Source of the DNA: an uncultured archaeon
GTDB taxonomy: Archaea > Iainarchaeota > Iainarchaeia > Iainarchaeales > CAZILS01
Assembly: GCA_964540145.1 (NCBI GenBank)
Contig: CAZILS010000004.1
Location: forward strand, 605 to 64,604
Direction: 5' to 3'
Length of the DNA: 64,000 nucleotides
The notes under the pieces were generated by a model. That model was not told the origin of the DNA and did no database searches. It worked only from the letters and a program-made list of their open reading frames with translations. A program made the translations under genes and the position numbers. Positions 1 to 9,756 of the stretch are shown one piece after another; the first letter of the stretch is position 1, and each line of letters opens with the position of its first letter.

Positions 1-150
1 TTTTTCTTTTAAGGCCTGAATGCCTGAAGCGTCTTTATTTAATGCCAACACCCCGTCTTGTATCAGCAGAACCTTGTCTTTAGGATTCAAATGCCTAATC
101 GCGCTTGGTTCTCCTTTCAGCAAAGATTCTTTTATTATGAATAACACCAT
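1..150 (-). CDS. DsrH/TusB-family sulfur relay subunit (3' end outside window)
   Basis: Manually translated: MVLFIIKESLLKGEPSAIRHLNPKDKVLLIQDGVLAL; LLIQDGV is the DsrH/TusB motif; GAGGTG SD upstream; follows DsrE/DsrF-like genes. Confidence 0.8.
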   Translation of the reverse strand, partial: MVLFIIKESLLKGEPSAIRHLNPKDKVLLIQDGVLALNKDASGIQALKEK

Positions 151-158
151 TTTTCACC

Positions 159-509
159 TCAAAAATTAATGATTGCTTCAGCCTCGTCGATGAATCCCCT
201 AATCTCCCGTGAAGTTACCTGCTTTGCCCCAATCAAACTGTCCTTTTTAAGGTTCCTCTCAGAGGTGGAATCGGCATCGGCGAATATTTTTAGCCCGAAC
301 TCTTCAGCATTGCTAAATCCCTCCCCCAATCCGGTCATTTCAGCGATTTTCGGGCGCTGGTTTTTTAAAAGGCAGAATACGCCGTCGCCTGAAAAAACAA
401 GCTTTGTCTCCAAGTCCATGCCCGCAAAAGCTATGCCTGCCCTCAATGCTTCTGCCGCAAAAACGCTTCCAAAAGGAGCATTGTTAACCATTATTAACAC
501 TTTTTTCAT
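159..509 (-). CDS. DsrF/TusC-like (DsrE family) protein
   Basis: KKVLIMVNNAPFGS..AAEALR..F SGDGVFCL pattern. Confidence 0.8.
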   Translation of the reverse strand: MKKVLIMVNNAPFGSVFAAEALRAGIAFAGMDLETKLVFSGDGVFCLLKNQRPKIAEMTGLGEGFSNAEEFGLKIFADADSTSERNLKKDSLIGAKQVTSREIRGFIDEAEAIINF

Positions 510-518
510 TTTGACACC

Positions 519-863
519 TCATATGCTCACGAATTTGTCGCATTCCTTTATTAAGTCTGCAAGCCCTGGGAGGCCTTCAAGCTCTCCTTTTTCTATAAGC
601 TGGCCTCTTTTAATTCCCCTGTACTGAACACAAACCCCGCAAATTTTTACTTCAACACCTAATCTTGTCAATTCATCAAGCTTTCTTGCAAGGTTTCTTT
701 CACTCCCGGAGTTTATCTCTTTGTTTGCCGCAATAACGCTGTCAACATAAAGAAAAATCTTGACCTCGTGCTTTTTTTCAAGTGCTGCCTTTGCCAAATA
801 ATATGCTGTGTCCATATCTTGGTAAGTGTATGGCGGCCTTATAAGCATCAATCCCAGCTTCAT
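519..863 (-). CDS. DsrE/TusD-like sulfur relay protein
   Basis: RPPY, IFLYVDSV, KICGVCVQYRG with candidate persulfide Cys. Confidence 0.85.
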   Translation of the reverse strand: MKLGLMLIRPPYTYQDMDTAYYLAKAALEKKHEVKIFLYVDSVIAANKEINSGSERNLARKLDELTRLGVEVKICGVCVQYRGIKRGQLIEKGELEGLPGLADLIKECDKFVSI

Positions 864-1870
864 TGTTTTTCACCTCTCATAAACATAAAGTATGCTGCCG
901 CCCATGCTCCAAGCACAATAAATGTTCCTGCTGTGATGCTGCTTACCGCTAATTGCGGAACCCCGCTCAAAATATGGCCTATGTTGCAGCCGCCGGCAAT
1001 CACCGCGCCCAATCCAAGAAGCATTCCTCCAAAAAGCGCCTGCGCGCCCATTTTTGCTGGCGGCAATCTTATCTTGAATTCATTAGCTATTAACGCCGCA
1101 ATAAAAGCCCCTATTATCAAGCCAATAACCTCAAAAGATTCCCATACTAAAAAGTTTTTTCCCATAACGATCGATTTCACGATGGTTTCAAAACCCGTTG
1201 TTATGCCTAAAGGGTAATTTCTGCCTGCAAAAGCAGAAGCGACAAAAGCAGTTATCCCTATGAGCCCTATGATTATTCCCGCGTTTTTCCACGTCCACCC
1301 TGTCTTGAACCATTTTTCAAAAAAAGGCTTATTGTTTTCGACAAGCCCTTCTTTTTTTCGGAATAGAAAGTAAAATCCAATTGCTGAAAGTATAACAACA
1401 AAAACCCGGCTCGGAACCCCTGTCAAGGCCGATAAAGTTATCTCTCCTAAATCAAATTGGTGAACAGATTCTGTAATATTTGACAGGAAGCCGTCCTTAA
1501 AGAAAAAAGCAGTTAATGCAAATGAGAATAAAGCCAGCATGGAACTCACCATTCCTTCACCCACACGATAAGCTGTGCCGCTAGCGCAGCCTCCTGCAAT
1601 TACCATGCCAACCCCGAACACAAATCCCCCGATAATGGCGCCAAACAGGTAGAATGTTTTTGGAGCAAGGGCAATAATTCCTAAATACGAAAGGAAATGA
1701 AATCCAATCATTTGGATAATCAATGCTAATGCTACTGCCTTCAAGAGTGTAAAATCTTTGAATACCAAAGGGTCGCGGAATGCTGAATTCATGCAGAACC
1801 GCCCCCTCTGCAAGGCAAAGCCGAAAAGCAATCCTACAAACAACCCGCTTATAATTCCGGCTATTTCCAT
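860..1870 (-). CDS. YeeE/YedE (TsuA-like) sulfur-compound transporter
   Basis: LQRGRFCMNSAFRD, GGCASG and GGCNIGH: the three conserved Cys motifs; multi-TM. Confidence 0.92.
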   Translation of the reverse strand: MEIAGIISGLFVGLLFGFALQRGRFCMNSAFRDPLVFKDFTLLKAVALALIIQMIGFHFLSYLGIIALAPKTFYLFGAIIGGFVFGVGMVIAGGCASGTAYRVGEGMVSSMLALFSFALTAFFFKDGFLSNITESVHQFDLGEITLSALTGVPSRVFVVILSAIGFYFLFRKKEGLVENNKPFFEKWFKTGWTWKNAGIIIGLIGITAFVASAFAGRNYPLGITTGFETIVKSIVMGKNFLVWESFEVIGLIIGAFIAALIANEFKIRLPPAKMGAQALFGGMLLGLGAVIAGGCNIGHILSGVPQLAVSSITAGTFIVLGAWAAAYFMFMRGEKQ

Positions 1871-1874
1871 TGTC

Positions 1875-2111
1875 TCACTTCACTTTTATTAAAATCCGGT
1901 GGTCTGCCCCGCCAATTTTTTCAACAGCAACGACCTTATGCCCTTCCTTTTCCGTGTTTCTTGGGATTCTCTCAAGCGATAAAGGGTAGTCAGTGAGAAC
2001 TTCAAGAATCTCACCGGATTTCATCTCCTTTACTTTTTTCCTCGTTTTAATATCGGGGTAAGGGCAAATTTCTCCCCTCACGTCAATTGTAGCATTTGGC
2101 TTCTCACTCAT
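1875..2111 (-). CDS. TusA/YeeD-family sulfur carrier
   Basis: IDVRGEICPYP (CPxP), GEILEVLTD. Confidence 0.92.
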   Translation of the reverse strand: MSEKPNATIDVRGEICPYPDIKTRKKVKEMKSGEILEVLTDYPLSLERIPRNTEKEGHKVVAVEKIGGADHRILIKVK

Positions 2112-2563
2112 TTTGTTTCACCTCGGTTTAATTTATCTCCTGGATTTACACACCCCGTATCAATGCAGGATTTGATTTTGTCTTCCATTTCTTTTGCCAT
2201 GTGGTCTGCATAGCCAATCCAGTACTTGTCCCCAATGAATGTTGTTGGAACCCCCTGCGCCGTTGTGCCGTAAGCTTTTGCGACTTCGTCGAATAGTTTT
2301 GCGTTTTCCGGGTTTTTCCAGGTTTCGAATATTTTTATTTCTATCTCCGGATACTTCTTCTGCATTTCTTCAAGGAATGGTTTTTCGGCAGCACAGTGAG
2401 GGCACCCGTCGCCCCAAAAGAAATAAACTGTTACCTTGCCGGGGTCATCATTGTCAGCCATGACAACATTGCCTGCCGGCGTTGTTTGCGTATCCGAAAT
2501 GCATCCTGCTAATACTATTGCCCCCAATATCACTAACCCTAAATACAAATGCGCGTATTTCAT
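2108..2563 (-). CDS. Glutaredoxin/thioredoxin-fold lipoprotein
   Basis: Lipobox LAGC, CPHC active site, GVPT cis-Pro loop. Confidence 0.85.
   Translation of the reverse strand: MKYAHLYLGLVILGAIVLAGCISDTQTTPAGNVVMADNDDPGKVTVYFFWGDGCPHCAAEKPFLEEMQKKYPEIEIKIFETWKNPENAKLFDEVAKAYGTTAQGVPTTFIGDKYWIGYADHMAKEMEDKIKSCIDTGCVNPGDKLNRGETK
2160..2437. repeat. 278-bp exact direct repeat, copy 1 (thioredoxin domain); copy 2 at 4230-4507
   Basis: Base-by-base identity at offset 2070. Confidence 0.95.
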
Positions 2564-2964
2564 TTTATTTTCACCTTGTATGCTTTTTCTGCTTCTGTTG
2601 AATCCAACAATTTATCCGTCTCTTTTTTATCTTCTATTTTGGCCTTCATTATCCAACTTCCGTAAGGGTCTTTATTGATTTTTGAAGGCTCGTCAAACAA
2701 AGAATCGTTCACTTCTATGATTTCTCCGCTAACCGGGCTTGAAAGGTGACCCGACCATTTCACAGCCTCAAGGGAAACATATGTTTCTCCGGCTTTCAGC
2801 TTTTTTCCTTTCTCCGGCAACTTAATAAACACAAATTCCTTGACTTTTTTTGCCGCAGGCTCTGTAATGCCAACGGTTGCCGTGTCTTCATCAAATTTTA
2901 TCCAAGAATAATCATTGTTGTATTTCAGATTACTCGGTAATTTGTATTCACTCATTTTTTTCAC
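2560..2964 (-). CDS. Glycine cleavage H-like (lipoyl carrier) protein, orphan
   Basis: SWIK..TATVGIT..FVFIKLP..LEAVK..SPVSGEIIEVN..INKDPYGSW; lipoyl Lys retained. Confidence 0.88.
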   Translation of the reverse strand: MKKMSEYKLPSNLKYNNDYSWIKFDEDTATVGITEPAAKKVKEFVFIKLPEKGKKLKAGETYVSLEAVKWSGHLSSPVSGEIIEVNDSLFDEPSKINKDPYGSWIMKAKIEDKKETDKLLDSTEAEKAYKVKIK

Positions 2965-4621
2965 CCCTGTTTTTTTTCTTAGTTATTTTTGTGACAACAA
3001 TGATGGTTCCCGCAATAATTACTGCTGTTGCCATTAGCCCAAATGAAATAAATATGTTGTTGAGCAATGCGGGGTCTATCAAGAGTATTGAACCAAGGCA
3101 AAGCATCATTGTTCCCGATATCAGCTTTAAAACCCGCCCTTGCCATTCAGAGAGCTTTTTGGCGCCCAAAGTAATCACGAACATTAGCACGATTATGAGC
3201 AAAGGAATTACATACACCAAATTGTATAGTGCCAAATAAAGATAGTATTCTGTTGACGGTATGTTGTTAAGGGTTAAAATTCTTGTAAAAACCATTGGAA
3301 ACCCCGCGGTGCACAAAAGTTCATAGCTGTTGGCCGCAATGGCTAATACAATAGTGCCTGCCATCATTGAAGTAAGGGATGTGGCTTTAAGCAAATTTCT
3401 CATTTTTTGGAACAATTTTGGCTTTGCGCTCTCAGGGATTACTAATGAAATTCCTTTTTCAAAGAAAAAGAAATCCTTGACATTGATTAATCCAACAACC
3501 AATGCGATTGCCCCCGCAATTGTTGTGACCAGCATGATTTCGCCTATTAAAAGGAAAAGATTTAACCAGGCCGCCATGAACAAAAAGTACATTAAAGCAG
3601 AAACAAACACAAAAGTAAACCCAATCAAAAGCATTCTTTTCCTGCTTTTAGCGTATATCAGCATGCTTAAAAGGAAAAAAAGGATAAAAAAAGCGCAGGG
3701 GTTAAAGCTATCGAGCCCCGCGATTATTATTGTAAATAATGGCAAAGGCATATTTTCAGTGTCAATCTTGCCAAGCACAGGCAACTCAACAACAGTGCTT
3801 TCTTCAGGAGTAATGTCTTTTGGTTGAGGCGGGTATGGAGTAATGCCATTGATTTTACTTGCCGGGCAAACACAACCGGCGTCCTCGCACTTGGTTATTT
3901 CTGAATCAAGATTCTCCAAAATCGCGGTTTCCCCGGCCAAATATTTATTGCCTATAAAAACTATCGGAAATCCGGCGTCAGAAAGCGAATAGATTTCCTT
4001 AAACTGCGAGTATAATTCTTTTTCACCCTCATCGGAAACATCGTGTATTTTTAATTCAATGTCTTGCCGGGCATTTAAAGAGCCTATATAAGGAAGAACC
4101 GAATTGCACTGCGGGCAGTCTCCGATGATAAAAACATGAATGCAGGGAACCTCTTTTGAGGGGGCCGGAAGCGGATTATCTGTCGGGTTATCTTTTGCCA
4201 GCATATCTCCCGGGCTTGCGCATTGGTTTTCAATGCAGGATTTGATTTTGTCTTCCATTTCTTTTGCCATGTGGTCTGCATAGCCAATCCAGTACTTGTC
4301 CCCAATGAATGTTGTTGGAACCCCCTGCGCCGTTGTGCCGTAAGCTTTTGCGACTTCGTCGAATAGTTTTGCGTTTTCCGGGTTTTTCCAGGTTTCGAAT
4401 ATTTTTATTTCTATCTCCGGATACTTCTTCTGCATTTCTTCAAGGAATGGTTTTTCGGCAGCACAGTGAGGGCACCCGTCGCCCCAAAAGAAATAAACTG
4501 TTACCTTATCAGAATCTGTTTGAGCCAGTGCTGGCTGAGCCAGTGCTGGCGAAGCCAACATAAGCGCCAATAAAACCAGAAACAATAGTCGCCCTGCATT
4601 TTTTAAGCCATTCATTTTCAT
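2948..4621 (-). CDS. Membrane redox protein: two glutaredoxin domains plus CcdA/DsbD-like TM domain
   Basis: Signal peptide, CPHC and CPQC, DSFNPCAF and ELLCTAGFP membrane Cys motifs. Confidence 0.85.
   Translation of the reverse strand: MKMNGLKNAGRLLFLVLLALMLASPALAQPALAQTDSDKVTVYFFWGDGCPHCAAEKPFLEEMQKKYPEIEIKIFETWKNPENAKLFDEVAKAYGTTAQGVPTTFIGDKYWIGYADHMAKEMEDKIKSCIENQCASPGDMLAKDNPTDNPLPAPSKEVPCIHVFIIGDCPQCNSVLPYIGSLNARQDIELKIHDVSDEGEKELYSQFKEIYSLSDAGFPIVFIGNKYLAGETAILENLDSEITKCEDAGCVCPASKINGITPYPPQPKDITPEESTVVELPVLGKIDTENMPLPLFTIIIAGLDSFNPCAFFILFFLLSMLIYAKSRKRMLLIGFTFVFVSALMYFLFMAAWLNLFLLIGEIMLVTTIAGAIALVVGLINVKDFFFFEKGISLVIPESAKPKLFQKMRNLLKATSLTSMMAGTIVLAIAANSYELLCTAGFPMVFTRILTLNNIPSTEYYLYLALYNLVYVIPLLIIVLMFVITLGAKKLSEWQGRVLKLISGTMMLCLGSILLIDPALLNNIFISFGLMATAVIIAGTIIVVTKITKKKNRGEKNE
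4230..4507. repeat. 278-bp exact direct repeat, copy 2
   Basis: Identical to 2160-2437. Confidence 0.95.
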
Positions 4622-4702
4622 TCCTCCGCAATTAACTTAATTTGTGCTGAAATCCTTTATAAAGATTTATTTCAAAAAATGAAATTGCTTGTTTTGATCC
4701 TT

Positions 4703-5197
4703 TCATTTTATGAAAAGTGCCTTGAAGTCGTTATTCAAAATCACTTTTTTAGTCATGCCTTTTTTTTCTCTCTGCAGTATGCCCTTGGATTCTAGAGCCA
4801 ATAGTCGCCTATGCAGTTTGACAGGACTCAAACCAGTTGCCCCGCCAAGCAGGCTCTGTGTGGCTTCCCCCCTTAGTTTAATTATTTCGCACAATATTTT
4901 CCTCTCTTCAGGGGCTAAAAAATTAAGGGTTTTTTCCACGTCGCCAAAAATTTGCTTCTTTTCTTTTGAAAAAGACACGGATAAAAAATAGTATGTTAAA
5001 ATCCCGACAAACACGCCTAAAGAGGATAATGCCGCAATTACAATCGGCAAGGATGCCCTGCAACCGCAATCCAAACCATATAGTTCCCTTACAAGATAAA
5101 TTGACAGCATAACGATAAAGGTAAAACCCATCACCAACCCAACGGCAAGAATCACATTATTTAAACTATTTTTTTTTTGCAAATTATGAACTCGCAT
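4703..5197 (-). CDS. Membrane-anchored winged-HTH regulator with CGC motif between two TM helices
   Basis: 2 TM segments; C-terminal EERKIL..GEATQS.L...TGLSPVKLHRRL..LESKG HTH; start uncertain. Confidence 0.7.
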   Translation of the reverse strand: MRVHNLQKKNSLNNVILAVGLVMGFTFIVMLSIYLVRELYGLDCGCRASLPIVIAALSSLGVFVGILTYYFLSVSFSKEKKQIFGDVEKTLNFLAPEERKILCEIIKLRGEATQSLLGGATGLSPVKLHRRLLALESKGILQREKKGMTKKVILNNDFKALFIK

Positions 5198-5644
5198 TAT
5201 ATCCACCGGCCACCGGTAAAACATATTGATATAAATCAATATTTAAATGTTTTTCTGTTTGTAGTATGCAATTGCGGGGAGTTCTGCCTTTTTAAGCATG
5301 CGGAAACCGCCTTGCCTGTTTATTCGCCAATCTTCCTACAAAATAGCCAAGCAAGCCCCCCGGCACCGGTGTCATTATCTTTATCGGCACAAGGCTTACC
5401 AACTCCTGCTAGCCTATCAGTATTGCCGCCGGAAGAAAAACCGGGAATGAAACCAAAATCCCCTTTAACGCATTATTAATCTTAAGTTCCGAGGCCGAAA
5501 TAAAAAACCGGAAACAACCCAAAGTGAAAATGCGGAGATGTTCGCATCCCGGCCAAGCCCCCGCAAAACCATCGGCATAACATCAAGTATCCCGGCAATC
5601 GCCCCAAAGGCAACCCTGCAAAGACCTTCGGCAGTTTCATCATT

Positions 5645-6415
5645 TCACATTTTGTTTTTCCTTCGCAAAAAGCAGCCCTCCCCGATCTCCTCCTTCAGCA
5701 TCCTGAAAAAGCATTTTTTTGGAGGCCTGTCCCTGTACTTCTCTGCGGCTCTTATTATTTCTTCCATTACCTTTACCACGTGTGCAGGGTGCTTTCCCAG
5801 TGCACTTTCCTCCGAAAGCATGACCGCGCCTGTCCCGTCCAACACAGCATTGGCAACGTCGCTCACCTCCGCCCTAACCGGAATCCTGTTCTTTGTCATT
5901 GACATAAGCATTTCGGTCGCAGTAATAACAAACTTTCTCCTCTTTCTGCACCTCTTGATTATCTCCTTCTGTATGAAGGGAACCTTACACATCGGAAGGT
6001 TTTTCCCAAGGTCGCCCCTAGCAACCATAATCCCGTCGCTTGCCTTTATTATTTCCTCCAAATGCTCAAGGCCCGGAGCCGATTCTATCTTTGAAATGAC
6101 CTTAATCTCCCGCGGCGCAAACTTCTTCCTTAATCTCTCAACCTGCTCCGCGCTCTCCGCAAATGCCATCGCAATGTAGTCAAATTCCCTGCCCTTCAGC
6201 CAGCCGATATGCTCGTTGGTTATGATGTCGAACATCAGCTCGCAGTCCAGGGGCTTAAGCACCCTTATAATTCGGGTGTACTCTTTTTCCGTGCCGTATT
6301 TTGTGTTTATCCTCGCGATATCCATCCCGTTCCTTATCATAGTCTTTATGGTGCGGGTGCCAAAACTCGCAGGTCCGACAGTTGCGACAATCTTCGTATG
6401 CATGGAAATACTCAA
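5645..6415 (-). CDS. pyk: Pyruvate kinase-like protein, minimal (A barrel only)
   Basis: [54 protein letters not shown]; only 256 aa. Confidence 0.85.
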   Translation of the reverse strand: MSISMHTKIVATVGPASFGTRTIKTMIRNGMDIARINTKYGTEKEYTRIIRVLKPLDCELMFDIITNEHIGWLKGREFDYIAMAFAESAEQVERLRKKFAPREIKVISKIESAPGLEHLEEIIKASDGIMVARGDLGKNLPMCKVPFIQKEIIKRCRKRRKFVITATEMLMSMTKNRIPVRAEVSDVANAVLDGTGAVMLSEESALGKHPAHVVKVMEEIIRAAEKYRDRPPKKCFFRMLKEEIGEGCFLRRKNKM

Positions 6416-6533
6416 TTGCGCAGCCCCTTATAAAGCTTGTGGCATTTGCCGTTTGCCATTAAGTCAATAGGCGAAATATCGCCTATTCGGCACCGGGTTC
6501 CGCCTTTTAATCCTTTCCGCATATATTGCGCCT

Positions 6534-7100
6534 ATGCTTTCCATAATCCAGCCGCTGATACTTTTCCTCGTGATAATGGACCCGCTGGTCGGGATTTCCG
6601 CACTCCTATCCATGGGGAAGGGGAAAACAGAGAATGAGCTCAGGAAGATAGCGGTAAAGTCGGTAATCGTGGCTTCGCTTGTTTTCTTCACATTCGCATT
6701 TTTTGGCTCACTCGCCCTGCAATTGCTTGGGGTAACCCTTGACAGTTTCAGGGCTGCGGCAGGGATAATCCTCATACTCCTCGGGTTACAGTTTGCGCTC
6801 GGCCTCTCCTTTCCCAGAAAGAACGAGGAGATAAGCGAGGTCGCCGTTGTGATAGGAACCCCCCTTATAAGTGGGCCTGCAACCATCTCCGCAACCATAG
6901 TCCTTGTTAGCGACACCGGCCTTTTCACAACCCTCTTTGCGGGAACAATCGCACTCGCAATGGTTCTCGCAGCCCTTCTCTTTGCCACCCGGATAAGCAG
7001 GATAATCGGCAGGGCAGGGATGCAGGTTTTAACCACGATGATGGGCTTGGTTACAATAGCATGGGGACTCCAGTTCCTTGTCCAGGGCCTGGGGTTCTAG
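6534..7100 (+). CDS. MarC family membrane protein
   Basis: LFLVIMDP, FRAAAGIIL, GTPLISGPATIS. Confidence 0.9.
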   Translation: MLSIIQPLILFLVIMDPLVGISALLSMGKGKTENELRKIAVKSVIVASLVFFTFAFFGSLALQLLGVTLDSFRAAAGIILILLGLQFALGLSFPRKNEEISEVAVVIGTPLISGPATISATIVLVSDTGLFTTLFAGTIALAMVLAALLFATRISRIIGRAGMQVLTTMMGLVTIAWGLQFLVQGLGF

Positions 7101-7116
7101 AAAACCTAAAAAGGCA

Positions 7117-8379
7117 CTAAATAGGCATCCTAAGCAAACCCATAATAATCGCCAGCCCGAGAAGAATCAGGAGCAGCCCCACTGCCCAGTGAAGGTTCTG
7201 TATGTTCCTCTCCCGCCATCCGCTCACATCCTCGACCGCGACAAAGCCGGCATAGATGACAAGCGTAATCCCGACCATCGGCGCTATGAATATGCCGAGG
7301 TAAAAGAGCAGGTAGGGGAGCATAACCATAAGCGGGAACTCCGAAAGGATGCCTGCGGCAATCACATATGCCTGTGCCGTGCAGGGAGTTAAGAAAAAGC
7401 TGACAATAATCCCCGCGAGGAACGCCCCTATCAAATAGGACTTGCTTTTCAGCAGGCCGATTATTGTGTCGGTTTCCATCACGCCGCAGCCGGGGCAGTC
7501 CTTTTCCCCCTTCTTCGGTTTCTCCCTCTTTTTCGCGCCAACGCTGTAAAGTATCTGTTTCATCCTCGGCCTCCAGCTTTCCGGCACTTCCATAACAAAG
7601 CCCCCGCCCTTATACCAGATTGCGTCCTTTATGTTCAGCAGGCCCATAAGTATCGCAAGTATCCCCAGCAGCTGGTAGAAAGTCAGGCCGGTGAACGACA
7701 CCATGAGGACGTTCAGGCCTCCCGACATCCCGCCGACAGCCTGTATCCCCCCTATCAGGAGCAGGCCGAAAACGAAGTACATTATGAAGATGGCTGCGCT
7801 GAAGGCGAGTCCCGCGGCAAGCGCCTTCCTCCTCTGCTTCGGATACCTCGTCATTATCGAGGTGAGCAGGATAACAAGCACCGCAATTTCGCAGGGGTTG
7901 ATTGCGTCGATGAATGCAAGGACGCCGAGCTCGATGATGTTTATGTTGTGCCCCTTCTCCCCTATGGGCGGGCACGGTTCTTCCTCCCCGCCATTGGGCG
8001 GCCCGCACGCCTTATGCTCCTCTATCGCGCCCCTCACAGACTCGATACAGGGCCTGTCCCCTATGCAGTAGAAGTCCCCGATGAAAACCTTAGGCACGGA
8101 GCCGTATTCCGAGACAGGTATCCCGTGCTGCTTCTGCAGCCCGAGGAATTCCTGCCAGCCCTCGTTCACGTTTATCTTCTCGACGCTTATCGCGTCCCCG
8201 TATTCCCCCTTCAGCGAGTCAAGGTGCTGGGATAGATTCGCGCAGTGCGGACAGCCGGGCCCGTAGAAGAACTTTACCCCGACCGTCTTCGCGGGCTCCG
8301 CAAATGCACCTCCCGCCAATAACGGGAGCGCGAGCAACGCAAGCAACAGGATAATATGCGGTTTTCCCATCAGGACCAC
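7117..8379 (-). CDS. Glutaredoxin plus CcdA-like membrane redox protein
   Basis: CPHC, SVPKVFIG, DAINPCE, FLTPCTAQAY. Confidence 0.82.
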   Translation of the reverse strand: MVLMGKPHIILLLALLALPLLAGGAFAEPAKTVGVKFFYGPGCPHCANLSQHLDSLKGEYGDAISVEKINVNEGWQEFLGLQKQHGIPVSEYGSVPKVFIGDFYCIGDRPCIESVRGAIEEHKACGPPNGGEEEPCPPIGEKGHNINIIELGVLAFIDAINPCEIAVLVILLTSIMTRYPKQRRKALAAGLAFSAAIFIMYFVFGLLLIGGIQAVGGMSGGLNVLMVSFTGLTFYQLLGILAILMGLLNIKDAIWYKGGGFVMEVPESWRPRMKQILYSVGAKKREKPKKGEKDCPGCGVMETDTIIGLLKSKSYLIGAFLAGIIVSFFLTPCTAQAYVIAAGILSEFPLMVMLPYLLFYLGIFIAPMVGITLVIYAGFVAVEDVSGWRERNIQNLHWAVGLLLILLGLAIIMGLLRMPI

Positions 8380-8434
8380 GGGATATTATTTGTATTGCAG
8401 GGTATTTAATAATTGCGCTTTTAACAAGTATAAT

Positions 8435-8995
8435 ATGGAGAAAAGAAAAACCCTGCTGTTCGTGACCTCGAACAGGCACAAGTTCGGCGAGGTCAGGAAA
8501 GTCCTCGCCGAGCACAACATTTTGCTTAGGCAAAAGCACATGGATTTCATCGAAAGCTCAACCCTCTCCTTGGAGGAGGAGGCAAGGCGCAAGGCCGAAA
8601 AAGCGTATGAAAAATACAAACAGCCCCTGATTACCGAAGACACCGGCTTTTATTTCAAAGCATACAAAAACTTTCCGGGAACAAACGCAAAGGAGATGTT
8701 CAACGCACTTGGCTTTGACGGCCTGTTCCGCCTGCTCAAAGGAAAATCAAGGTCTGCCTATGCGAAGGTAGCAATCTGCTACTGCCCCTCAAAAGGAAAA
8801 TACAAAACCTTCACGGGAAAGCTCGAGGGGAAAATAGCAGAGAAGGTTTACAGACCAAGCGATCATAGAATGCCCTATGAGCACATCTTCATAGCCAAGG
8901 GGAGAGAAAAGCCGATGGTGCAGATGTCAAGGCAGGAAAAGAACGCAGTTTCCCACAGGGCGCTTGCCGCAAGGAAACTCTGCGCTTTCCTTTAG
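8435..8995 (+). CDS. Non-canonical purine NTP pyrophosphatase (HAM1/RdgB family)
   Basis: FVTSNRHK, EDTG, FPG, EKNAVSHRA. Confidence 0.92.
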   Translation: MEKRKTLLFVTSNRHKFGEVRKVLAEHNILLRQKHMDFIESSTLSLEEEARRKAEKAYEKYKQPLITEDTGFYFKAYKNFPGTNAKEMFNALGFDGLFRLLKGKSRSAYAKVAICYCPSKGKYKTFTGKLEGKIAEKVYRPSDHRMPYEHIFIAKGREKPMVQMSRQEKNAVSHRALAARKLCAFL

Positions 8996-9555
8996 CGCCC
9001 TGTCCGGTTTTCCCACTCAAGGTAGCGCGCGGACAATTTCATTACCGCATCATCAAACGCCCGTGCAAACCCCATAATTTTCTTTTCCGGGGTGTTTATA
9101 TCCCTGCCGGCAAACGCAATAAATTCCGCCCTCATTTTTCCCTTTGCTTTTGTGTGGAGGCTTTCCCCCTCCCGCGAGTAAGGTATGCCGCACTCCTGCT
9201 GGAGATAATAACCAATTGCTTCCCGCACAATCGAGACAGGCATAATCCCGAGAGGATCCTCCTTCCCCCCCAACTCCCTGGTCAGCCTGAAAAGGTGCCG
9301 CCTGCTCAAATCGAACTTATCTTTTGAGACAAGGCTGTCAAGGTAGGATTTGCCCCAGGAGACAAAGTGGCGCTTAAGGCGCGGCGGCATTTCCCTCTTT
9401 TTGGATGCCACGAAAGCGGAAACCTCCCTTTTTCGCAGCAGCTTCCCGATTTCGTGGGGGGCTGCCGTTATCTTACCCGCGGCTTTTTTCAGGGCCTGCT
9501 TTGCCCCCCCTTTCCCGGCTTTTTTCCCCTTTTTTATCGCCATGCTTTTCCCCAA
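8992..9555 (-). CDS. Hypothetical basic protein
   Basis: 187-aa ORF, Lys-rich N-terminus, AT-rich upstream; no family recognised. Confidence 0.6.
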   Translation of the reverse strand: MGKSMAIKKGKKAGKGGAKQALKKAAGKITAAPHEIGKLLRKREVSAFVASKKREMPPRLKRHFVSWGKSYLDSLVSKDKFDLSRRHLFRLTRELGGKEDPLGIMPVSIVREAIGYYLQQECGIPYSREGESLHTKAKGKMRAEFIAFAGRDINTPEKKIMGFARAFDDAVMKLSARYLEWENRTGR

Positions 9556-9672
9556 CCATTAAATACTGTTCATCGACTATTTATTTGTGCGGTTTGCGGG
9601 CCTTCCCGAGGCAAGATGGCATATTGCCGGCAGGCTGCCGGTAAAAGCACGCTGCGCACAGAATGTGTTTTG

Positions 9673-9756
9673 GCAGGGGTTCCCGAGCGGTCAAAGGGGC
9701 TAGGTTTAGGGCCTAGTGGTTTAGTGCCTTCGGCGGTTCGAATCCGCCCCCCTGCA
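9673..9756 (+). tRNA. tRNA-Leu (TAG)
   Basis: Acceptor GCAGGGG/CCCCTGC+A, anticodon arm CTAGG-TTTAGGG-CCTAG, long variable arm, GGTTCGAATCC T loop. Confidence 0.95.

Noticed and set aside
2560..2964. Calling the GcvH-like gene lbpA or part of a glycine cleavage system
   Set aside because: No Cys residues as expected for LbpA, and no sHdr or GcvP/T genes in view
5290..5640. Possible decayed membrane-protein gene at the border of the AT-rich operon
   Set aside because: Hydrophobic minus-strand frame with an internal stop and no identifiable homology
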